From assembly GCF_001194135.2 (NCBI RefSeq), contig NC_068985.1, positions 9,255,087 to 9,289,385 of the forward strand: a stretch of DNA of 34,299 bases, in the 5' to 3' direction. Under the pieces are notes generated by a model. That model ran no database searches. It was not told the origin of the DNA and was given only the letters and a program-made list of their open reading frames with translations. The DNA is from Octopus bimaculoides. Lineage: Eukaryota. Made by a program: the position numbers and the translations under genes. Each line of letters starts with the position of its first letter. Position 1 is the first letter of the stretch. Positions 13,898-26,243 of the stretch are shown piece by piece.

Positions 13898-16800
13898 CAA
13901 CATCGAAAAATACCTTAGGAATGAGAACCCAGGTTTGAAATTTCTCCAAGACATTTGATGAAGGCTGGAGGGTATATCAGCCGAAACGTTATGTTAACAA
14001 CAAACAAGTTGAGGACGAATATCCATCAAATGTAAATAATGGAAATAATGTACATAATTCTTCATCTCTTAAATATAGAAATGTAAACGCTTTCATTTCA
14101 ATAATCGAGAATTTCCAAAAACAAAAAAACAAAAACATTTGCGTGACCGAATGTGTGTTTGTACTCACTGTTAGGCCCAAGATCGCTCTTCACATCTTTC
14201 ACGGCTTTTTGTAACTGTTCATCACTGACAACATCTAGTTGTATTACTTTGCTCTTCGATGACATCTTTTCTCGCAACATGTTAGCGCCAGTTCCATTCG
14301 CAAAAAGACAACAAGCATACACAGAGAAGCCTTTCAGATCTAATTTCACTGCCAGTTCATGGCCAAATCCAGTATCACAACCTGTAACAGAAGTGGAAAA
14401 ATATTTCTTTATAGTAGAGATAACTTTAAAAGTGACTTAATAGCACTGCTAACACACGTAGGACACATAACTGACTTAGAAGCCTTTAAAATACATGGTA
14501 ATATATTATATGGTTGTCTACCCACCCAAAAAACACCGTTGTTTACATTTTTTCGACACCCCACTCCCCACTTTCGGCTACGGGGAATACGAATCTGCAA
14601 AAAGATTGGCAAAAATCGGCATTTAAAAATTAACACCCCCACCCTCATTTCCTTCATTTTTTACTTTTTTCAGAATTTTTTTTTCAAAATATGCAGAAAA
14701 ATGCGGAGATTATGATTCTGAGAAAAAATTCCAAAAATTTTTATAAAATTTTTTTTAAGAATTTTTTTTTTTTTNNNNNNNNNNNNNNNNNNNNNNNNNN
14801 NNNNNNNNNNNNNNNNNNNNNNNNNNNNNNNNNNNNNNNNNNNNNNNNNNNNNNNNNNNNNNNNNNNNNNNNNNNNNNNNNNNNNNNNNNNNNNNNNNNN
14901 NNNNCAAAACATTTCTGTAGTTACGGTTAGGGTTTTAGTTTTATGGTTAGGATTAGGAGGATAGGGTTTTAGGGGTTAGGGTTAGTGTTGGAGAAAAAAA
15001 CAAAATTTAAGAGTTTGGGGAGGAAGGGAGAGGGGGGAAATTTTCACATTGCCGATTTTTAGCAATTTTCCGGAACCTCTGTATCCGAAAACGGGGGCTT
15101 TTGGCAAAAAAAAAAATTTTTAATAAACAAATTTACGAGAAAATGTGTGGGAGACGGGAGAAAGTCTTTCCCAAAGGGGCTAATGTAGTTTCGCACCTCT
15201 CCTTGAAAAATGCATTTTTTTTTTTAAATGTTTTTCGTATCCCTACGTTTTAGATATCGAGATTACGAATATGCAAAAAAGTTTTTCTTATTTCACCCCC
15301 ACACCTCTTAGTACCACCACCACCACCACCCCATTTAAATTTTTTATTATCTTTTTTTACTTATTCGTAATCTCCGACATCTAAAACGTAGGGATCCGAA
15401 AAATGTTTTTCGAAAGAACGCATTTTTCAAGGAGAGGTGCATTAACCCCAAAACGAAATATGGTGTCCCTATCAACAATTAATAGGTATGTACCAGTTGA
15501 TATAAAACTAGTATGCAAGAAGAAGAAGAAGAGGAATGTACCGACATCTCGAAATGATGAAATGCAAAGTTGACCTCAGCAGGATTTGAACTCATTTTTT
15601 TAAAACTGCCAAGCTCATCTAGATTCTTTATAACTAGACCCAAAATTCCTCGAACGTTCATATTTCCGTAAACGTCAGTAATTCCAAGAAATCTTTTGAC
15701 AAATTTATTCATTTCTTTGAAAGATGAAAGATAAGAGACAACCGGCTTACGTCAGAATCTTCGCTTATTAAAAATGTCAACAAATATGCACTCCTTAATC
15801 TCCAAAATATTTTAGTCCGACTTTGGCTTTCATTCTTTCGGGGTCGATAAATTATGTACCAGTTACATACTGGGGTCGATCTAATCGACTGGCCCCCTCC
15901 CCAAAATTTTCAGGCCTTGTACCTAGAGTAGAACAGAATATATATTTTAATAAAAGAGATATTCATGCACACATGCATACAGACAGAGAGACAGACGGAC
16001 GGACAGCGTTTCTATTTGGAAATGCTAGATTTGATCAACAACGCAATTTATTAGAAATATTTCTCAGGCAGTGAGCCGGTAGAATTGTCAGGAGGCAGAC
16101 AAATGTTTAGCGGCATTTCGTCCGTCTTCACGTTCTAAGTTCAAACTCCAGCGAAGTCGACTTTGTCTTTCATCCTTTCGGGGTCGATAAAAATAAGTAC
16201 CAGTTGAGTACTGGGGTCGGTGTAATTGACTTACCACACCCCACCCGAACTTTCTAGCTTTGTGGTAACATTTGAAATCATTATTAGAAATATTTCTGAG
16301 GCGATGAGCTGGCGAAATCGTTAGCAAACCGGACAAAATGCTAGACGGCGTTTCGTCCGTCTTTGTGTATAAAGTTCAAATTCTACCGAGGTCGATCTTG
16401 CGTTTCATCCTTTTATGAGTCGATGAAATAGGTACCAGTAGAACCCTGCGGTCGATGTAAACGACTCCCCTCAAAAACCAGGTCTTGTGCCAAAAGATTA
16501 GAAAGAATTAGTTAAATTATATAAGCTAAATATTCTTGAATAGTTGCTCTGAGTTTCACGCTACCAATTATCCAAACAACCGAAAGAAGAAGTAAAAAAA
16601 TAGATACGCACAAATATTCATAAAAATAAAAAGATGTGATTAATTATCGAAATTTTATTGGTCTTTCTTCCCACACAAACACACGCAGAAAAAATATTCG
16701 AAAATATGTCACCCATTCATCTATTCAGTTGTCATACGCAGAGCATGTGATGCTTGTATTTTGTCACGTGCAAACGCACGAGAAATATAATTATTGAGCT

Positions 16801-18651
16801 TAATAATTGTAAAATGAGAAGCAGAATGTTAATTAGCGTCTGACAAAAATTAAGAGTCTCCTCTTTCACCAATTTCCTTCCGATCTGATTCTTGTAATTT
16901 AATTTAAAGTACACAGGATTTTAGATGTACTCCGAGTATTACTTATTCACTTAAGCCTTTGGACCATAGGCCATCGACGACCTTTCTTCACTGCCCTCGA
17001 TTCTGAACTGTCTTAAGGCCTTTCTCTCACAGGATCTGTTGATTCTGAATTGTCATTCATGCTTTTGCAACTCTTCTTTTTTCCTAATTAAACCCTCCAT
17101 ATTAGTCAAGCCTCAATCTTTTGACCTGTCCAACAAGGGAGGAGTCCCTACAAAGATCTTGTACTCCACTGGCACAGCTCTCAGCCCCAACATCGCGACA
17201 AGGATGAACTCAGAACTTTAAGTCAAAAGAAATGCCGGTTAAGGAATTTTCCTGGCAGGGTAACGCTTCGGCCAGCTTACCACCTTCAGATTAGCGCCAA
17301 AACCTGAATGACTTAATCGGACCCTTAAACTGGACTCCGAGTATTGAACTAGCCTTAAACAGGTTGTCGTCTCATGAAAGTCAAAAGCAGAGCAGGGTAA
17401 TACTATAAGATTGGTTTCACATTTTGCCACAAGGCCAGCAATTTTGTGAGTGTGAGGTAAATTGATCACATCGACTCAATTTTATCAATTCTGAAAAGAT
17501 GAAAAGTAAAGTCGACCTCAGCGAAATTTGAACTCAGAACTTTAAGTCAGAAAAAATGCCGGTTAAGGAATTTGGATCTATTTTAAAACGGGGGCCACAT
17601 TTTTCATTAATGTTTTACGTTGTGTTTTTGGTACGGAAAGACTTTCAAACTTCGTATACTTATCTATTTTGTGTTATAGAACAGAAAAAAATGTTTGTAT
17701 TCGAATTTATTTCATGTAAAAAATTGTCTTATTTCGATAATTTCTACTAATCACTGACGTCTATTCAGTTGAAAACAGTTAGCGCTGTAACGGTGTATAT
17801 CGTATTAATCCCCTAACCCTAACCCTAACTCTAGAATCCGAACTCTAAAATTGTTACACACATAGATACGCACAGCGTAATTTATTATATAAACAATATA
17901 TGCGTATAAATTACGATTAAACCGGATGAAATATGTCACANNNNNNNNNNNNNNNNNNNNNNNNNNNNNNNNNNNNNNNNNNNNNNNNNNNNNNNNNNNN
18001 NNNNNNNNNNNNNNNNNNNNNNNNNNNNNNNNNNNNNNNNNNNNNNNNNNNNNNNNNNNNNNNNNACTGGACTCCGAGTATTGAACTAGCCTTAAACAGG
18101 TTGTCGTCTCATGAAAGTCAAAAGCAGAGCAGGGTAATACTATAAGATTGGTTTCACATTTTGCCACAAGGCCAGCAATTTTGTGAGTGTGAGGTAAATT
18201 GATCACATCGACTCAATTTTATCAATTCTGAAAAGATGAAAAGTAAAATCGACCTCAGCGAAATTTGAACTCAGAACTTTAATTCAGAAAAAATGCCGGT
18301 TAAAGAATTTTCCTGGCGCGGTAACGCTTCAGCCAGCTTACCACCTTAAGATTAGCGCCAAAAGCTGAATGACTTAATCGGAACTCATAGTTTGCACGCA
18401 TTCAGTTTAAGATTAGCGGATCTCGGTTGTACACTGAGTACTGGATCAACCTTTACAACTCGGTCGTTCATACAAGTTGAATGGAGTATAGTTATACAGA
18501 TAATAATATAACAATTATCGCATAACTCTTAGACTGGGTCACTTACTACTCGGTTAATAACGACACAATACTAGAACGACGGGAACGTCAGAATACATGC
18601 TGGGTAATTTACTCGTTAGCTTTCTCTTCCAAAATGTCTGCATTGTTTATA

Positions 18652-18715
<64 letters not shown>

Positions 18716-19526
18716 CGCTCGCTCTCTCTCTCTCTGTCCTGGTATTTCCTGACTCATAAAATAAATCAGCATTTGCACGACTGTGAATTGTATTGTTCGC
18801 GTTCGTATCGAGAATTCACCCAAATTCTCTTCTCAAATCCTAAGATTTCCAGCTTTCTTTCGTTTTAACCTACAATAACGTCAAATTCGATCACATGGAA
18901 TCACACGGATGTTCGTTAATTGCCGTGTTCAACTCTGTTTGTACTCATTCACACACGCACACAAATACACACCTACACCCTTTATCATTCATATACACGT
19001 ACATACATAAATGCATATACCATACATCTTTTCTGTAATGTATATGTGCATATAGCTACACATATATACGTATACATTTACACACGTCTATGTGTGTGTA
19101 TGCATAGATAGCTAACAGACGAGCAAACAGATAAATGTCTACAAGCGTACATACAAAAGCACACACTCACCCATGTGTGTGGGGGGGGAGGGGGTGTAGA
19201 AGATTGAAAAGAATCACACGAGTTGATATATATATATGGGAAAAAAGTCAAGGTAGGGAATGGTAAAATAATTTTATAAAAAAACATTTCAGTCCCGGTT
19301 TCGTTCATTGAGACTTTTTCAACTGTAAGTATGGAGAACAATTTAATTTGGGAAAAATTAAATGAAAAGTATTTTTAAAGAATATTTGCATAGTATTCAA
19401 ATACAAGGGACATTTTCCTTGTTTCTGACTGTCTCTGAAAAAGTCTCGATGACCGAAATCGGTCGTGAAATGTTTTTTATAAAATTATTTTAATATTTTC
19501 TACCTTGACTTTTTCCATATATATAC

Positions 19527-19566
<40 letters not shown>

Positions 19567-19951
19567 GTGGCACTCAGTCGGTTACGATGACGAGGGTTCC
19601 AGTCGATCCGTCCAACGGAACAGCCTACTCATGGAATTAGCGTGTAAGTGGCTGAGCACTCCACAGACACGTGTACCCTTAACATAGTTCTCGGGGGAGA
19701 TTCAGCGTGACAGTGTGTGGCAAGGCTGACCCTTTGAAATACAGGCACAACAGAAACAGGAAGAAAGAATGAGAGAAGGTTGTGATAAAAGAGTACAGCA
19801 GGGTTCGCCAGCACCCCCTGCAAGAGCTACGTGGCGCTCAATAAACACTCACAACGCCCGGTCTGGGAATAGAAACCGCGATTTACAACCGCGAGTCTGC
19901 TACCCTAACCACTGGGCCATTGCGCTTCCATATATATCTATCTATATACAT

Positions 19952-19990
<39 letters not shown>

Positions 19991-20412
19991 TACACACACA
20001 CATACACATGCATGTATGTATATGTATACGTATATATGTGTGGCTATATGCACATATACACACCCAAAAAAAGACGTATGAATATGTATTTATATATGTA
20101 CTAGTATATGAAAGATAATGGGTGTTAGTGTACGTTTGTGAGCGTGTCTAACCGGCTACAAATACATAGAGCTGAACATGGTGCGCGAAAAGTAAAGAAA
20201 ATAAATAAATCCCACGTGATCGAGTTTGACGTTTATGCGGGTTAAAACGAAAAAAAGTCAGATTGGCAGATTTCCTTACAAATATAAATTTACCATTTTA
20301 CTGTTCTTTCAACGAATGTGTGAATTGCGAATTGCATTGTTTTCTTCGTATTGAGAATCCGTGTCAGTCACCTGCCAACTTCTCTCCCCTCTCTCTCTTT
20401 CTCTCTCTCTCC

Positions 20413-20457
<45 letters not shown>

Positions 20458-21432
20458 CTTTTTGTCTCGCTTTCTCAGATTTCTTTACTTATTTCACGAG
20501 TTCTTTCTCCGAGTGTGAATTGCTGAGCGTCTCTCTGGGCAAATAATCGAGACGTACCTCAGGCAGATACTTCAACCAGTCATTTGAAGAAAGAGACCAA
20601 CAACTATAAGAAAATTCAATTAACCTTTTTTTNNNNNNNNNNNNNNNNNNNNNNNNNNNNNNNNNNNNNNNNNNNNNNNNNNNNNNNNNNNNNNNNNNNN
20701 NNNNNNNNNNNNNNNNNNNNNNNNNNNNNNNNNNNNNNNNNNNNNNNNNNNNNNNNNNNNNNNNNNNNNNNNNNNNNNNNNNNNNNNNNNNNNNNNNNNN
20801 NNNNNNNNNNNNNNNNNNNNNNNNNNNNNNNNNNNNNNNNNNNNNNNNNNNNNNNNNNNNNNNNNNNNNNNNNNNNNNNNNNNNNNNNNNNNNNNNNNNN
20901 NNNNNNNNNNNNNNNNNNNNNNNNNNNNNNNNNNNNNNNNNNNNNNNNNNNNNNNNNNNNNNNNNNNNNNNNNNNNNNNNNNNNNNNNNNNNNNNNNNNN
21001 NNNNNNNNNNNNNNNNNNNNNNNNNNNNNNNNNNNNNNNNNNNNNNNNNNNNNNNNNNNNNNNNNNNNNNNNNNNNNNNNNNNNNNNNNNNNNNNNNNNN
21101 NNNNNNNNNNNNNNNNNNNNNNNNNNNNNNNNNNNNNNNNNNNNNNNNNNNNNNNNNNNNNNNNNNNNNNNNNNNNNNNNNNNNNNNNNNNNNNNNNNNN
21201 NNNNNNNNNNNNNNNNNNNNNNNNNNNNNNNNNNNNNNNNNNNNNNNNNNNNNNNNNNNNNNNNNNNNNNNNNNNNNNNNNNNNNNNNNNNNNNNNNNNN
21301 NNNNNNNNNNNNNNNNNNNNNNNNNNNNNNNNNNNNNNNNNNNNNNNNNNNNNNNNNNNNNNNNNNNNNNNNNNNNNNNNNNNNNNNNNNNNNNNNNNNN
21401 NNNNNNNNNNNNNNNNNNNNNNNNNNNNNNNN

Positions 21433-21510
<78 letters not shown>

Positions 21511-22864
21511 GTGCATGAATATATTGTTTCATTGAGTATTTTACTTATCTACTCCAACAGATTGATTTGAGTAACACTGAGCATCCATCACATTTCACGA
21601 TATAATCTTTGCTATACTCTACGACATTCTAACCACTCCATCTTCCAACCTATCGTATCGATGATGTATTAAACTCCTTTACATAGAAAAATTAAGTTAC
21701 AAGATCGTTCTCCTGAAAATGGCCTTAACAAATATTGTCCAGAGAGAAAACATATTTTTAAAATTTGGATTATTAGGTGTAGCTATAGGTATGGGTATGT
21801 GTTGTTGATAAGCTTGCTTCCCAACCATGTGGTCTTGGGTTCAGTCCCACTGCACTTCACATTAAGCAAGTGGTGTCTTCTACTATTGCCCCAGTCAAAC
21901 CAAAGCCCTGAGAGTGAATTTCGTAGACGGAAACGGAAAGAAGCTTACCGTATATGTGTGTGCATGTGTACATACATTAATACACACACGTAAATATTAA
22001 AAATGCATTAAATATTACAAAACGTATCGACCAAAATGCCAATACTCAGTTTCGTACCTTTAACGAACTGATGAAGAATTAGGGTCCTTCTGTGCCTGTC
22101 CTGCGTGTACATTTTTTCATTTATTGATTAACTGAACGCCACGCATTCTGACTTTTGTTAACAGTAAGTTTTTATGTGTGTATGTGTGTGTGTGTATACG
22201 TGTGTGTGTGTTTGTCACCCACCACCGCTTGACAACTGATGTTAGTTCGTTTATGTAAGTTACAACTCAATGGCATAAATACCAGTGTTAAAAATAAGTT
22301 CTGAGGTTGACTCCTTCGATTAAACATTGCCAGACAGTGCCCCAGCATGGGCTCAGTGCAAAGACTGATAAAAAATTAAAGGTAGTGTTGTAGAGCCTCC
22401 CACTTGTAATATACTGAGTCGAAAGGTCTTCATTCAATTGATATTATTCAAGCAATACGTAGGAAAAACCTCCTTGTAAGGAGTAAGGGAAGTAACTCTA
22501 CGAAGTTCAGTTAATGGAAATTTGGAGGTAATTTAATTAATACGAACTGCAATTAATGTGGTCTTTACAATAAACTTCCTATATCAGAACATGTTTTTTT
22601 TCTTTTATGAGACCTTATCTGTGAAACATTCTATTCAGTAAGAATAAAAGTGATCAATGTGTATATATATATATATATATNNNNNNNNNNNNNNNNNNNN
22701 NNNNNNNNNNNNNNNNNNNNNNNNNNNNNNNNNNNNNNNNNNNNNNNNNNNNNNNNNNNNNNNNNNNNNNNNNNNNNNNNAATATATATATGTATATATA
22801 TGTATAGGCTTCAACTAAATCTATCATTTTGTAGTCTATACATGCATATCTATATATATACATT

Positions 22865-22907
<43 letters not shown>

Positions 22908-25900
22908 AATGCATTAAATACGACAAAACGTACATGTAGGACAGACACAAGGACCCTAGTCCTTCCTCAGTTATCGACCAAAAATACTAATACCCAGTTT
23001 CGTGCCTTTAACGATAAGACTGGGAACTTCGTATATCGGCGGCATCCACAAGATTTGCGTAGAATGAGGGCTCGAGCAAACAAAACATTACAGGGTGGAC
23101 ATACGATAGTAAACAAGTGTAATTTGAAACGATAGACGATGACGGAATAAATAAAGCCTTTCGGCCAAACACGAGAATATACATACAATTATACATACGT
23201 ATATATATCAACACATACACACATACATGCACACATATATGCACACATCCGCACACGCACACACACACAAGCTTGTAGTAAATCTATTATTTTGTGACCT
23301 ACTAGTAGCATGTACGTCGTAAATTCCTAGACAGGGTGATGAAAAGATAACATCATTGTTCTATATATAAGTGCACTACATAGGATATAGTGAGAAGAAA
23401 TACTACGTGGTTGAGTATAAAAATTATGTGTGTTTGTTAGTAAAATAATGACAGCAACGTGATGTTCTCCACCAGATACTATATATAATAATGGAACCGT
23501 GAGTTGAGCCAATAAAGAAGTAACCAGGTCATGGTCGATAGACATGCTAGAAATGACATCCAAACTTTCTTCAAAGTACACCTACCTGTCTTACATTGTA
23601 TCGAGATTGTCGTGACGAGAACACCTTTGACTATATAAGTATGACAAGTTATGGTTGACCTGTCGACCACAAAAGCAGCAAGCTTTATGCATAAGTGACA
23701 TCATAGAGCAGTGTATGTTTTTATGTTTTTTCTCAAAAACATTATCAGTGTAAATGGAAATATTAAAGCAAGTAATATAAGGTGCGGTCCCAGGAATTTT
23801 TTGAAGGGATGACACAAGGCCATAAGGGAATACAATTCCAGGAGAAAAGGGGGTACTAACATTATTGAGAAGGGTGCACTTCTTTTCTTGAGGAGGCACG
23901 TACCCCTCAGCTCCCCGCCCACTCCTTGGGTCCGCCCCTCAATATAACCCAATTCAACGTGAGTGTATTCTGAACCAGCAACGACGACAAATGAAAATAT
24001 AGGTTTCTTTTAACTGGTATAAAGGTATCGTATCTTCGTGTATTTTGTACGGGCTTAATTTTTAGGCTTTTGTCTTTAATGAATAAATGAATAAATTATC
24101 ATTTAACAAGCGAGAAAAAGGGGTTTTATTTTTATGCAATATGTGTGTCCATGGCATTTGAACAGTCGAGAGTTCTGGGTTTGTTACAATGTTCGACCAT
24201 TTTAACTATCAAGGAATTTAAACATTTTATTAGCAGCCCAATTCTGCGCAGGTCAATTCTGCGCAGACCAAAAGTTTTGTGCTCAGATTTCGGTGAATGA
24301 GTTTTCGAGAAATTATGGCGGATTCTCATAGTGAGCGATTGATTTGCATTGTTTCGTTCAGTAAGCATATCAGAGCATTGATAGATTATAATATCAAATA
24401 CTGTTTCACATGAAGTTCTATTTCTCGAAAATATGTTGTTCGCCTGTGATAAGGAAATGCAAATATGCGACATCATGTTGTTGTATATTTTACAGCAAAA
24501 CAATGTTGTTATAGATATGAGAATCAAACAGTGCTTCACTGAATTTCTATCTCTCAAAAATATATTGTCCGTCTGCGATAAGAAAATGCGAGTGTGCTGC
24601 ATGATGTTGAATACCTGATAATAAAGTAAACATTAACCAAACAATGTTGATATCGATAAGAGCGTATAATTTTCAAGTTTGCTCCTTCATAGATTATTTA
24701 GTTTGAAAACCAGAAAAAAATGATTTTCTATTTTTATACGATATGCAACATCAGGTCATACTTAATAGGCCTGCTACGTATACTACTACCAGTGGGTTTG
24801 GAATGCATTTTAGTATCGATTCGAACGGATAATAATCCCAGAAAAGACATTAAATTGCATTTGGTGGTAAGGGTCCAACTCGGCTTGTTCAGGAGGGTAG
24901 GATGCATGGAGTTACCTTTTTGTCATCACTAACCAGATATCAGTTCTGGTCCTTAGCGGTAATACCTAACAAGGGCTTAGTAATAGCTCGAGGAGAAGAT
25001 AGTCCCGTGGGCTCGGAAGAGGGCCTTATTGGTAATACATAACAAGAGTTCAGTAATAGCTCGTGGAAAAGATAGTCCTGTAACAAAGGCATGCAGGGCT
25101 CGGAAGAAGGATGGCTTCTAAACGTGAATCATACAGTCTCTGCGCTATGTGAACGGGTTCCCATATCACGTGAACGATTTCCTTTACGTAAAGTAAGCAC
25201 GGGGGACAGGAGATTTGCCGAATAAATTCTTCAGATTTGGAGGTCATGATCACCGATGCTTATAAGCATGGCATGTGAAGAGAGAGCGAGTTCTTCCAGT
25301 AGATGGATGGAGGTAACATAACAAAGCTGTCCGAGCCATTTGTTCTGTCAGATGTTTACCATTCCTTCATTTGCGACAAATGTCTTCCACGTGAGTAACA
25401 ACAGTCTGAATCATAGGAAGGATATTTTACCATGCTGTTCTTGATATTTATCCACGGATCACTTCTGAGCAAATATTTGATTAAAATCGTTCTAGACACG
25501 ACCATCTCACATTCATTCGTATATTGCATACCTGTAACTATATTATGCTAAGTGTTTCTCCAACTCCAGGCCAGAAGTGTAATTTGAGGGCTGCGATTAA
25601 TGGTAGGTATTATTAGCAGCTCTGGCAGAAGGCGGTGAGCTGGCAGAATGGTTAGCACGCTGGAGAAAATGGCGGCGGTATTCTGTCCGTCTTTACGTTC
25701 TGAATTCAAATTCCGCTCAAGTCGACTTTGCCTGTCATCCTTTTATCCTTTGCCGAACCGCAAACTTACGGGGAAGTAAATTCACCAATACCGGTTGATG
25801 GAAGATAGTGGAGGACAAACGCTGACACAAAGACAGACAGACACACACACACACATGACATAGTCAAATACGAATTAAAAGCAGCGCTGGTGCTATAACC

Positions 25901-26200
25901 ATTATCAACTGCACATGCTCAATGTATATGCTTTGTTTGTTCCCAGTTCGCTGCAGGATTGGGCTTAGGAAGCAACTCCCTCATAACAACGAGCGTTATG
26001 AAGGAGTCGTCTCCCAAGCGCTATACAGCAGCGCAGCAGCAAACGAACAGAGACGGATATTGGGTATGTGCGATTAGTAATATATATATATATAGTTGAA
26101 ATTTACCGGAAAACAAAAGACGAAGACAGGTGTAGGAACAACAAGCAGGTGTATTAGTTTGACGCTTGAGAAAAATGGAAAAGTCTTTAACGTTTCGAGC

Positions 26201-26243
<43 letters not shown>

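Noticed and set aside
22066-22100. CTGATGA / CTGAGGA followed by a GGAC-TAGG-GTCC hairpin (also 22945-22972 on minus)
   Set aside because: No GAAA after the hairpin and no workable stem I or III in any permutation.
24235-24270. Direct repeat AATTCTGCGCAG x2
   Set aside because: Too short and isolated to assign; probably part of an old DNA element.
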